Shown piece after piece: positions 19,060 to 28,063 of a DNA stretch of 64,000 nt. The stretch comes from Patescibacteria group bacterium (GTDB lineage Bacteria; Patescibacteriota; Microgenomatia; 2-02-FULL-39-11), in assembly GCA_023379265.1 (NCBI GenBank), contig JAMCUI010000010.1, positions 200-64,199 on the forward strand. Reading direction: 5' to 3'. The first letter of the stretch is position 1; each line of letters opens with the position of its first letter. A program made the position numbers and the translations under genes. Under the pieces are notes generated by a model. That model was not told the DNA's origin. It searched no databases and saw only the letters and a program-made list of their open reading frames with translations.

Positions 19060-19827
19060 ATGAAAATAGATTCAGGTATTAATAATATAGTTATTAAATT
19101 AGATCAAGTTTCGAAAGAATATATTCTACATCATCAAAAACCTACTTTAGTGGAAAATATTTTTAAATTGGGTCATAGTGAATCAATTTTGGCACTGAAA
19201 AATATTAATCTTGAAATTAAGAGAGGTGAAAAAATAGGAATAATCGGTGATAACGGTTCAGGAAAAACTACACTTCTTAAAATAATCTCCGGAATTACTA
19301 CTCCAACAAAAGGCCGAGTTGTTGTGAAAGGGAGAATTGCAACATTGGTAGATTTGGAAGCAGGTTTTCACCCTGATTTAACCGGTGAAGAAAATATTTT
19401 CATAAACGGGATGTTACTTGGAATGAGTAAAAAAGAAATTAATAATCAATTTTATAAGATTATTGAATATTCAGGTTTGAGTAAATTTATAGACGCACCT
19501 TTTTATACTTATTCAAGTGGTATGAGATTACGTTTGGGTTTTGCTATTGCTATTCATTCAAATCCAGATATTCTTTTACTTGATGAAGTTTTAGCAGTTG
19601 GAGATGGAGAATTTCAAGAGAAGACTTATACAACTATTCAAAATTTAATAAATGAAAAAAAGACAATTATATACATCTCACACATTTTACCGGTTATAAC
19701 TAAACTTTGTCAAAAAGTTATTTGGATAAATAAAGGCACAATTCAAGATATTGGCAGAAGCGACAAAATGGTTAAGAACTATCAAGTTGGATTGAATATA
19801 CTGACAAAAAGTATTTTGATCGGATAA
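19060..19827 (+). CDS. wzt: ABC transporter ATP-binding protein for polysaccharide export (Wzt/TagH-like)
   Basis: Walker A GDNGSGKTT, signature YSSGMRLRLGFA, Walker B LLLDEVLAVGD. Confidence 0.85.
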   Translation: MKIDSGINNIVIKLDQVSKEYILHHQKPTLVENIFKLGHSESILALKNINLEIKRGEKIGIIGDNGSGKTTLLKIISGITTPTKGRVVVKGRIATLVDLEAGFHPDLTGEENIFINGMLLGMSKKEINNQFYKIIEYSGLSKFIDAPFYTYSSGMRLRLGFAIAIHSNPDILLLDEVLAVGDGEFQEKTYTTIQNLINEKKTIIYISHILPVITKLCQKVIWINKGTIQDIGRSDKMVKNYQVGLNILTKSILIG

Positions 19828-20092
19828 AAAAGCAAGATAATCTTGAAATTCGTAATTAATTTCCCGGAAAAATCAACTAAAGATATATTAAAAAAAATTT
19901 TGGCTTGACCTCCTTAAATTATTGAATTTATGCAATAAATTTATTTTTTTAGGTTTAATGGTATAAATATGTTGGTATAAACGATGGTTTATTTCCTTGT
20001 AATCCACTAATACCTCTGTTAAATTCTCATCATATGAAAACATTAGCCAAAAACATGCGATTCTGCCTATCCTGTAGTGGAAAAATGATTAA

Positions 20093-20686
20093 GTGGGGGA
20101 AAACCTCAGCAGGCATTCCCAGATACTATTGTTCCCACGTCGTAAATCTTCCTCCTCAACCAAAGAGTATTGTTTAATGCTCTATAGGCACCCGCATAGG
20201 AGACTTCTTATCCGCGCTTCTTTTATTGCCAGAGAGAGTGGATCGGTAATTGTCAAAGAATTGAAAATCCTCAAGAAGAAATACCGGTTTACCGGTGTGG
20301 TTTCAGATGGAGGAATAGGTATCGGTAATGCAATCTTGGATGAATTTGGCAATATTCCTCCCCAGATTTGCCTGGTTCACCTTCACAGGGATGTGGTCAA
20401 CGCTATAGGTAGATTCCCCAAGGATGAGAAAGTCAAGCAACTTAAAAAGATAGCAGACTACGTCTGACTGATTGAATCTAAAGAAGCTCTAAACTGGTGG
20501 AAAGGTAAACTGAGGACTGGATTGACCGAAACTGGGATTTCTTAAGGGAAACCAAACATCAGAAAAACGGTGGTTGGTATTATGTCCACAAGGGGTCAGA
20601 AAAGCTGTTAGAATTCTTACTTCCATTCCTGATACAAGCTTTAATCCTTCGCAGAAATCTCCGGGCTTTAGCCAGGGGAGCTTCAC
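20093..20686 (+). pseudogene. Remnant of an IS256/Mutator-family transposase (C-terminal half only, frameshifted/stopped)
   Basis: VSDGGIGIGNAILDEFGNIPPQICLVHLHRDVVN resembles the IS256 D..G...QRCxVHxxRN motif. After a stop/frameshift, a downstream frame continues EALNWWKGKL, like the IS256 C-terminus. The N-terminal catalytic half is missing. Confidence 0.45.
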
Positions 20687-21654
20687 TTCATGCCGATTGA
20701 ATTTTTAATTATCTGTCTTAATTTATTGTTAGGGATAAATATTTTTGTGATCTTTCTTAAGCGGTGTAATCTTGATGTATTAAGATAGTTTGTTTTATCC
20801 TGTATTCCTGCGTTTTTAAATGATTTTTGACGTATATAACATATTAAGCAGCGTCCACAATGTTGATCAGATTTCGCCCGACAGCTACTGCGAGTTTTTT
20901 CAAGAGGAATATTATGTTTTGTTGCCCATTTAATAAAATAATCCTTATCGTAAAAAAATCCAATCTCTTTTTCTAAAGGTAAAGAGGTAATTTGCCAGTT
21001 CATGTCATGCGTGACTAAGCATACTCCTAACATTATTCCTCTCATTGTTGTTAAAGTCATATCTAGTTTTCCCTCTCCATCACTTTTCATATAAGCAGTA
21101 AAAATAGTTCTGATTTTAAAATTTTTGATAATTTGTAAAAAATAGGCACATTGGGCTCCAAAAGTAACCAGTAAATTGCTATAAAAATAATCCCCCCAAA
21201 GTTGATTGGAATTCTTATTGATGGGTTTATTTTCTACTTTTTCATAGGCCCAACGAATTTCAGTCGGGGGAAAAGATGTATTAATTTTAATTAGGTCATG
21301 AAATTGGCCTGGATAACGATTCTGGAAAAACTTAGTAAAATAATCTGCTGCTTTTTCTTCCGCATGCTGGTAAGGGTGACCGCGACGAGTAAAAACGGGA
21401 TAAATTTCTAATTTATATATTTCCATTAAAATGGCGGCAACGATGGATGTATCCAACCCTCCAGAGAAAAGTAAAATAACTTGTTCACCTTGATTTGGCA
21501 TTTTAAAAATATACCCACGTTCTTTTCTGAAAAAATCCTCCACATATGAAATTAGTTTCATATTTTCCAGCTTTCTTGATTTTAAGATAGTAATAATTAA
21601 TTTTTTATTTAATCTGGGTAAATCATTCATTGTTTTCAAATATTTAATTAACAA
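20683..21654 (-). CDS. PP-loop ATP-pyrophosphatase superfamily protein (QueC/WbpG-like N-acetyl-sugar amidotransferase-like)
   Basis: ILLFSGGLDTSIVAAI is a PP-loop SGGxDS motif. The C-terminus carries a Cys cluster (CRAKSDQHCGRCLICY). 323 aa. Confidence 0.55.
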   Translation of the reverse strand: MLIKYLKTMNDLPRLNKKLIITILKSRKLENMKLISYVEDFFRKERGYIFKMPNQGEQVILLFSGGLDTSIVAAILMEIYKLEIYPVFTRRGHPYQHAEEKAADYFTKFFQNRYPGQFHDLIKINTSFPPTEIRWAYEKVENKPINKNSNQLWGDYFYSNLLVTFGAQCAYFLQIIKNFKIRTIFTAYMKSDGEGKLDMTLTTMRGIMLGVCLVTHDMNWQITSLPLEKEIGFFYDKDYFIKWATKHNIPLEKTRSSCRAKSDQHCGRCLICYIRQKSFKNAGIQDKTNYLNTSRLHRLRKITKIFIPNNKLRQIIKNSIGMK

Positions 21655-23101
21655 CAGTTTTTAAAAAATTCAATACACCTTGGTCAAAGTGAAATATTTT
21701 TTGGCAGAATACATAAAAATTATTACTTGGTGGCTTCGATAATAAATATAATAATAGTCGTCGATGAATACCCTTTATTCCAGAACCCTTGTTCCTGCTC
21801 AATTCTACAAGTTGCATAAAGTTTCGATAATAATATAATATGTCTTTCCTCGGAAACTCCGGAATATTTAGAATCGTGTCAAATCTCTCTCTGAAGTTTT
21901 TCCTTTGTTTTCCAATAATTTTTCTTTTCTTGCAAATCTGCCATAGTTTTGTTTTTGGATAAGGATAAAAAATATTTAGAAAATGTTGGTTTGGATTAAT
22001 ATGGGCAAACAATTTTACCGTTTGTAAAAAAATTTCTGGTGTTTCGTCAGGAAATCCCATCATGATGAATGCTAATGTTTGGAGATTAAATTTCTTAGCT
22101 AATCTAAAGGCATTTATAATTGATTCATTGCTCATTCTACGGTCTAAGAGATGTTTTCTTAGATATTCATCACCGCATTCAACTCCTATAAATACTGCTC
22201 GACAGCCAGCATTTTTAAGTTTTGACATTATTATTCCGTCAACCGTGTCTGCCCTAATATTGCAAATAAAAGGTAAATTTATTTTCTGATAGTATTCTAG
22301 AAAGGTGTTCAACCATATTCTGTTTAGAGTAAAAGTATCATCATGGAAAAGAAGGAAATCAGCGCCATATTTTTTCACGGCTAACTCAATCTCTTTTATA
22401 GCCCTTTTAGGGCTCTTAAATCTTACATAAAGAGAATTATTGAAATTATTGTAAAATTTTTTTAAAGCATGATTGGAACAATAAGTACAATTAAAAGGAC
22501 ATCCACGAGAAAGAATAAACTCTAGCCCTTTTTCCTCATTGAGTCCATATGGAAGACTGTTTAACCATAAATGGCCGTTTCTCACGAATAAATCTCTATC
22601 CGGAAACGGTAAACTGTCTAAGTTTTTGATTATTTCTCTATTTGAATTCTTAATAATTTTTCTACCTTTTCTTAGCCAAAGACCTTTTATGGAATAATAA
22701 TTTTTCCCCTTTTGTAGTTTATCCGCCAATTCAGCTAATGCATATTCTCCCTCGCCTAAACAAATTGCATCTAGAGAGTAAGCGTGAGAGAATTCTTCAG
22801 GAGCTAACGTTGTATGTACTCCGCCGCAAATAGTAAAAATATGAGGGAATTTTTTTTTAATTAACCGGGAGATTTTTTTTATTTCATGAAAAATTGCAGT
22901 TACTGCTGAAAATGCAATGATATCAGGATGAAACTTAAGAATTTCCGTTTCTATCTGTGAGTAACTCTCAGTATTAAAATAATAGATTAAACAGGTTTGA
23001 TGACCTCTCTTTTTTAATACGGCTGATATAGATGCTATACCCTCTAAATATGACAACGAACCTTGCCCTCTAATGAAACCATGTATAAAAAGTACCTTCA
23101 T
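21644..23101 (-). CDS. B12-binding-domain radical SAM enzyme (class B-like)
   Basis: N-terminal Rossmann-like B12-binding region, then the CPFNCTYCSNH radical-SAM CxxxCxxC motif. 485 aa. Confidence 0.8.
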   Translation of the reverse strand: MKVLFIHGFIRGQGSLSYLEGIASISAVLKKRGHQTCLIYYFNTESYSQIETEILKFHPDIIAFSAVTAIFHEIKKISRLIKKKFPHIFTICGGVHTTLAPEEFSHAYSLDAICLGEGEYALAELADKLQKGKNYYSIKGLWLRKGRKIIKNSNREIIKNLDSLPFPDRDLFVRNGHLWLNSLPYGLNEEKGLEFILSRGCPFNCTYCSNHALKKFYNNFNNSLYVRFKSPKRAIKEIELAVKKYGADFLLFHDDTFTLNRIWLNTFLEYYQKINLPFICNIRADTVDGIIMSKLKNAGCRAVFIGVECGDEYLRKHLLDRRMSNESIINAFRLAKKFNLQTLAFIMMGFPDETPEIFLQTVKLFAHINPNQHFLNIFYPYPKTKLWQICKKRKIIGKQRKNFRERFDTILNIPEFPRKDILYYYRNFMQLVELSRNKGSGIKGIHRRLLLYLLSKPPSNNFYVFCQKIFHFDQGVLNFLKTVVN

Positions 23102-23111
23102 AAATTTTAAG

Positions 23112-24353
23112 TTAATGATTAAGAAAATGAATTTTTGCTCGAAGAATATTTTTCTTTCCAGAGTTAAATAATATATTTTCTGATTTAAAATTTAATCCGT
23201 AGACTTCAGATAACCATTTGAATTTATAAGATTTGTTTTCAACGACGATTGCGCAGGTCAAACTATTATCATTAGTTATTATTTGCAGGTTTTGGTTATT
23301 TTTAATCTTATTAATAAATTGATATTTATATTTCAAATTTTCGTATATTTTTCTTTTAAATCCATTTTTCCCCCATAGATTGATAATTGCCCAACATGCG
23401 ACTGGTGCAATACCACTTCTACTACCTAAGAGTGTGTTATCTTTTTCTTCCAAATAGGTAATAGGTTTTTCTATTAACTGTCTCAGCTCTTTTCTGTATA
23501 GAATTATTCCTGCAGGTAGTGGGGTAAAACCGAATTTATGAAAGTCCGTTAAAAAAGTTTGTATTTCACAAAAAGAAAATGGCTTAAATTCATTATTTAA
23601 AAAAGGTTCTATAAGTCCATTAAGTGCAGCATCAAACCAGATAAAAAATTCAACCCTGTGTTTCTTTTTTATTTTTTCTATCGACCGGCTGATTTTTTTA
23701 ATTGGATCATTTGTTCCTGTAACTGTATAACCCAGAGTAAGAGGGACCAGAAAACCCTTTTTGCCTTTTTTTATTGAGTTTTCTACTTCTTTCTCAAAAC
23801 CCCAAGCGTCCATATTCCAGGTTTTATCATTAAGCGGCACAATAAAAGTTGGTACACCAACAATATCGGCTGCTTTCTCAATTGAATAATGGGTTAGACT
23901 TGTTTTTATAAGACATATTTTGTCTCTTTCTATTCCTCTCTTTTCTATATATTTAATTCCTAGCCAAGCTGAAAAAATGTTAGCTTCCGTTCCACCAGTT
24001 GTAACGTAACCCTCAAGTTCATTTTTATTCCCATGGTAGAGATCAATCATCTGTAAAATTAAGTCTCTTTCGACTTTGGCAGTTTCGTGATTGGGCTCCA
24101 AATTTTTTATTGACCAATTGCCTAAATTGTTGGGATTATATGGCAGTAGCATTTTCCAGGCGTTAGCAGCTACTTTCTCAGGATAAGTTACGAGATGACC
24201 ATATCCTGTGTACTTTTTCTGGTTTTTCACTTTATTTAATATACCCCATAGTCCAGCTTTAATCTTAATTTTTGATACTGGTCTGTCTGGAAATTTATTA
24301 TTCCTTTTTGGATATAGAATATTATTTTTAATATAGGTTTTAATAGCGAACAT
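23112..24353 (-). CDS. Group II pyridoxal-phosphate-dependent decarboxylase-like protein
   Basis: TTGGTEANIFSAW matches the group II decarboxylase motif (cf. MfnA TSGGTEANL). DFHKFGF carries the PLP lysine. 413 aa. Confidence 0.6.
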   Translation of the reverse strand: MFAIKTYIKNNILYPKRNNKFPDRPVSKIKIKAGLWGILNKVKNQKKYTGYGHLVTYPEKVAANAWKMLLPYNPNNLGNWSIKNLEPNHETAKVERDLILQMIDLYHGNKNELEGYVTTGGTEANIFSAWLGIKYIEKRGIERDKICLIKTSLTHYSIEKAADIVGVPTFIVPLNDKTWNMDAWGFEKEVENSIKKGKKGFLVPLTLGYTVTGTNDPIKKISRSIEKIKKKHRVEFFIWFDAALNGLIEPFLNNEFKPFSFCEIQTFLTDFHKFGFTPLPAGIILYRKELRQLIEKPITYLEEKDNTLLGSRSGIAPVACWAIINLWGKNGFKRKIYENLKYKYQFINKIKNNQNLQIITNDNSLTCAIVVENKSYKFKWLSEVYGLNFKSENILFNSGKKNILRAKIHFLNH

Positions 24354-24358
24354 AAAAT

Positions 24359-25090
24359 TTACTTTTGAATTATACCCAATCCTGAATCTTTAGGAAAAGG
24401 GAAAATAAAAGTGTGTTTATACTCAATTTCTCTCCAAAATCTCCAAATGCCGAAAAGCCCTTTATCCAGATACCCGCGAGCTACAACGTCATGGAAAGCC
24501 ATAAACCCACCTTTATCCAGTCTTGGCCAGAATAAACTGTAATCCCTTTTTACCCCCTCATATGAATGGTCTCCGTCTATATATATGTATTGGTATTTAT
24601 GTTTATATCTTTTAGCAAATTCTGATGTTGTCATTACGTGTGTGGTTAAATTTTTTTTTACGTCAAGAAAAGAAAAATGCTTATTCGGGTTCACTTCTTT
24701 CCACCAGCCGATACCGCTCCAATTGTTTGGGTCATCCGGTCCAAATCCCGCGTCGACAAAATCAACATCACCAAAACCGTTTTCCTGGCAGGCTAAAGCG
24801 CAAATGGCTGGAATAAAACCTTTTCTTGATCCCACACAAAGTACTCTTTTGGGTTTTAAGTTTAATATTAATGAGTAGTGAATAAATCCATAGCCTAAGT
24901 TGCCAGTGGTAAGATTTGTCTGGTGTCCCTTGTCACCGTTATAATATTTGGCTAGTTGTCTGGTGACAGATCGGTTAAATATGATGGACCTGTTTTGACC
25001 GAAGAGGTTTTTGCTAACAGAGTTTGTGGAAAGAAAGAATCCTACTTTGTCTCTAAGGTGCGAATTAATATTTAGACCGAAGAGTTTCAT
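24359..25090 (-). CDS. Class I SAM-dependent (sugar) O-methyltransferase, TylF/MycF-like
   Basis: LCVGSRKGF (glycine-rich SAM site), DFVDAGF and YIYIDGDHSYEGV, typical of the TylF/Methyltransf_24 family. 243 aa. Confidence 0.55.
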   Translation of the reverse strand: MKLFGLNINSHLRDKVGFFLSTNSVSKNLFGQNRSIIFNRSVTRQLAKYYNGDKGHQTNLTTGNLGYGFIHYSLILNLKPKRVLCVGSRKGFIPAICALACQENGFGDVDFVDAGFGPDDPNNWSGIGWWKEVNPNKHFSFLDVKKNLTTHVMTTSEFAKRYKHKYQYIYIDGDHSYEGVKRDYSLFWPRLDKGGFMAFHDVVARGYLDKGLFGIWRFWREIEYKHTFIFPFPKDSGLGIIQK

Positions 25091-25097
25091 AATTTCT

Positions 25098-26084
25098 TTA
25101 GCGGAAAAGTTTAACCCAAATTTTCATGGCAGTTCTAAGGTCCTTAAAATAATCATCTTTCGGAAATTTTACTTTTTCTACCAACTCTTCATAACAATCT
25201 ACTAAAGCGGTAGATTTAAGTATCAGATGTGCCAATTGAGAGTTGAGAAATTCATTTGTTTCTATACCTTTGGCCTCTTTTTTTAAGTTCTGGAAAACAT
25301 CTGAAGCTTTTTTGTGATCAACAAATGGAGAACCATTTACTACGGCCATTCCCAAGTGGTCGATGATTTTTTTGGCAAACATCCCGGCCCAGATATCGTC
25401 AAACCTGTCGTATCCCCAATGGTTTCCTAGAGGGTCGTATCCCATAAGCGGAAAGTACATAAGGGGAGTAATTTTTGACTTGAAAGCCAAATTCATCGAA
25501 CACATAGGGAAAAGATAGCCTTTAGGAACAAATTCGATAAAAGGGAAACTGTCAGGTATAGAGAGATCTTGATGCAATAATTGCGTTGGAGCGTCAAAAT
25601 CAAGGATATTTTTCCATAGGCCATGGCTTACGACGACTTCCCTTTTACCTCTTATGGCATAGGGGATACCACGAGTATAGTAATATTGTCTGTGCGGATA
25701 GGTGGGATGCCAGCCGTCGGGTGCAGAAAGTGAAAGGTTTTCCACATGCTCATTTATGAAATTTTGTCCGGTGACAGGGTAACAATCGTCGTCAAGAGTG
25801 ATGACAATATCCGCTTTTAACTGAAAAGCTTTCAGAAATCCAAATGAGCGTATACCGGCGTTTTTCCGGGATATTATCCATGAGTTTTTACCCAATTCAT
25901 TGTCTATATCCTGCCAAGTGTAGTGATAGACTTTCTGAAAATATTTTTTAGGTGTGTTTATCTCTTTTGACTTATGGTCTTCGATGATAAAACCTGCACA
26001 ATTGTAAAAGTGGTTTTTCCAATATTTGAGGAAATCCAGGTTTCTGATTGTGGGAATGACAATGGCTATTTTTTTCTGTCGCAT
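25098..26084 (-). CDS. GT75 / reversibly-glycosylated-polypeptide (UDP-arabinopyranose mutase)-like protein
   Basis: The N-terminal [22 protein letters not shown] closely matches the plant RGP signature [20 protein letters not shown]. Followed by [12 protein letters not shown]. 328 aa. Confidence 0.5.
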   Translation of the reverse strand: [328 protein letters not shown]

Positions 26085-26199
26085 AAAATCGCTTCATTAT
26101 AATCAATAAAAATATCAAATACAATTATGGTTGAACGGATGAATATTTATATTCAAATTCTATCTTGACAAGAGTGGTAGGTATGTTATTCTGGATTTA

Positions 26200-26916
26200 A
26201 TGGTAGGGAATCAAAATAAACATTTGGGTGTTGCTCTGGGCTTTTTTGTGGTCATGGGTGTACTATTGGGTATAGCTGTAATCGGCGCTGAAACATACAA
26301 TAATTACCGTTCCAAAGCTTACGCCCCTCCTCCCAATCCCATACCCAATTGTACCAGTCTCACAGGTCCTTCTTCAGTTACCGTAGGTCAAAGCGCCACG
26401 TATACCGCAAGCTTTTCTTCGGAACAGGGGAATCTTGGCGGGGAAATTGATGCTGGACAAGGCGGGGCGTTTAAGTGGACACCTGGGAATAAACCAATTT
26501 CCGGAACTTCCGGATCTTTGTCGTTTACCTGGACTCCTACTGTAGTCGGAACATACGATGTGTTCTGTCGTTCATGGAATGATGCAGTTGCCGAATGCCG
26601 TGGCAAAGCAAATTACGTGGATGGGCCACCAAGATACGCTTGTGCAGGACCAACTAGCTCAATGTCTGTCACTGTTGTGGCGGCAGTGACGCCGACGGTA
26701 ACTCAGGCAGCCTGTAACAATAAGACTAAAGGTGATGCCAATTGTGACGGAACAACCGATCTTATCGATTACTCCATCTGGCTTAACCACCAGTGTAACA
26801 AGCAAGCCGCAGGTACAGCTTGTACTGATCTGCGGGCAGATTTTAATGGAGACGGCAGCGTAGATGATGCAGATTTACAAGTGTGGAAAAATAATTACTT
26901 AAGCGATACGCATTGA
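26200..26916 (+). CDS. Secreted Cys-rich protein with a C-terminal double dockerin-like module
   Basis: Signal anchor present, 8 Cys. The C-terminal GDANCDGTTDLIDYSIWLNH and ADFNGDGSVDDADLQVWKNNY form two DxNxDGxxD segments. Confidence 0.55.
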   Translation: MVGNQNKHLGVALGFFVVMGVLLGIAVIGAETYNNYRSKAYAPPPNPIPNCTSLTGPSSVTVGQSATYTASFSSEQGNLGGEIDAGQGGAFKWTPGNKPISGTSGSLSFTWTPTVVGTYDVFCRSWNDAVAECRGKANYVDGPPRYACAGPTSSMSVTVVAAVTPTVTQAACNNKTKGDANCDGTTDLIDYSIWLNHQCNKQAAGTACTDLRADFNGDGSVDDADLQVWKNNYLSDTH

Positions 26917-26928
26917 TACTCGTGAATA

Positions 26929-27975
26929 ATGAGTCCAAAAATACAACTAACCAAAAACCAGACGTTTTCTCTTGTTTTTCTGGCGGTACTTTTCTTTTCC
27001 TTATTTGTAGGACTTATACTGGTACAACAAAGGCAAGAGATTAGGCCAAAGGCCAGTTCCACATCTGTAGTGCTATCCCTTTTACCGGCCACACAGAATT
27101 TTAATCTAAACGATACCAATACTTTTGACCTGGTTGCGACTTTTACGGGAGGTTCGTCTACGGAAAAAATTGACGGTATTCAAACCGAAGTGGATTTTTC
27201 TTCCCAATATTTAAACATACCGGCAAATCACTATATTATAACAGCTCAATCTGGTCTTTCCGTTCTTAGAGTTGATGGACCTACTATCAGTAATCAAAAT
27301 AATAAAGCCCTCATACGGTTGGTTGCAACAACCCCCGGCAGCGGACCTTCAACAGATAAACCAATCGTTGTCGCGAAGATTGATTTTCAAGGTATTGCGG
27401 CTACCCCAAGACCGCAAATCATATCCCTTGGTACCTCCCAAATAGTAAACAACCTGTCTGTGGCAATACCAGTCACATTGGTAGGCGCAGGATATACGGT
27501 CGGGCAAGGCAATATTACAATAACTCCACCGGGGCCAACCATTCGTCCGGTTATACCAGGTCAGGCTGATTTTCTTTTACAGACAGATTCAAACAGCACC
27601 TCTGTAGGTCAGACTTTTACGGTAAATGTCTCGATGAAACTTACAGATTCAAGCGCAAGAGCATCCGGAGTGGATTTTATACTGCTTTATGATAAGAAAA
27701 TTCTAGATGTGGTAAATACTGTTCCGAATATTACTACAGTTAACTCTCAGGCGCCTTTCACAGATGGCCAAGTTGCATCGGGAGGTTCATTCAACGACCA
27801 ATATAATTTTGTTAGAGTAACTCTATTGTCCAAAAAGCAAACAACAGATCTTCCGTCAGGTACAATCAATCTGGCAAAAGTGACATTTAAGGGCAGCAGT
27901 GTAGGCACCGCTACCATAAAATTCCCTGATGATAATAGTCTGCTACAGGTGTCGGGAATTGCGGTAAGTAATTGA
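26929..27975 (+). CDS. Membrane-anchored protein with two cohesin-like beta-sandwich domains
   Basis: N-terminal TM. Domain 1 contains FDLVATFTGGSSTEKIDGIQTEVDF...ASTPGSGPSTDKPIVVAKIDF. Domain 2 contains VGQTFTVNVSMKLTDSSARASGVDFILLYDKKILDV. It is paralogous to the next three genes. Confidence 0.5.
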   Translation: MSPKIQLTKNQTFSLVFLAVLFFSLFVGLILVQQRQEIRPKASSTSVVLSLLPATQNFNLNDTNTFDLVATFTGGSSTEKIDGIQTEVDFSSQYLNIPANHYIITAQSGLSVLRVDGPTISNQNNKALIRLVATTPGSGPSTDKPIVVAKIDFQGIAATPRPQIISLGTSQIVNNLSVAIPVTLVGAGYTVGQGNITITPPGPTIRPVIPGQADFLLQTDSNSTSVGQTFTVNVSMKLTDSSARASGVDFILLYDKKILDVVNTVPNITTVNSQAPFTDGQVASGGSFNDQYNFVRVTLLSKKQTTDLPSGTINLAKVTFKGSSVGTATIKFPDDNSLLQVSGIAVSN

Positions 27976-28063
27976 GAATTAAAGTTCAAAGTTTGCGGAA
28001 TATAAAATAAATTTAGCGAGGATAAAAAATCCGACAAATAAAAATTATACTGGTTCAGTCAAG

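Noticed and set aside
20093-20467. Intact functional transposase
   Set aside because: Only ~125 aa of one frame is open. The N-terminal DDE half is missing and the continuation is in another frame after a stop. It is treated as a remnant.
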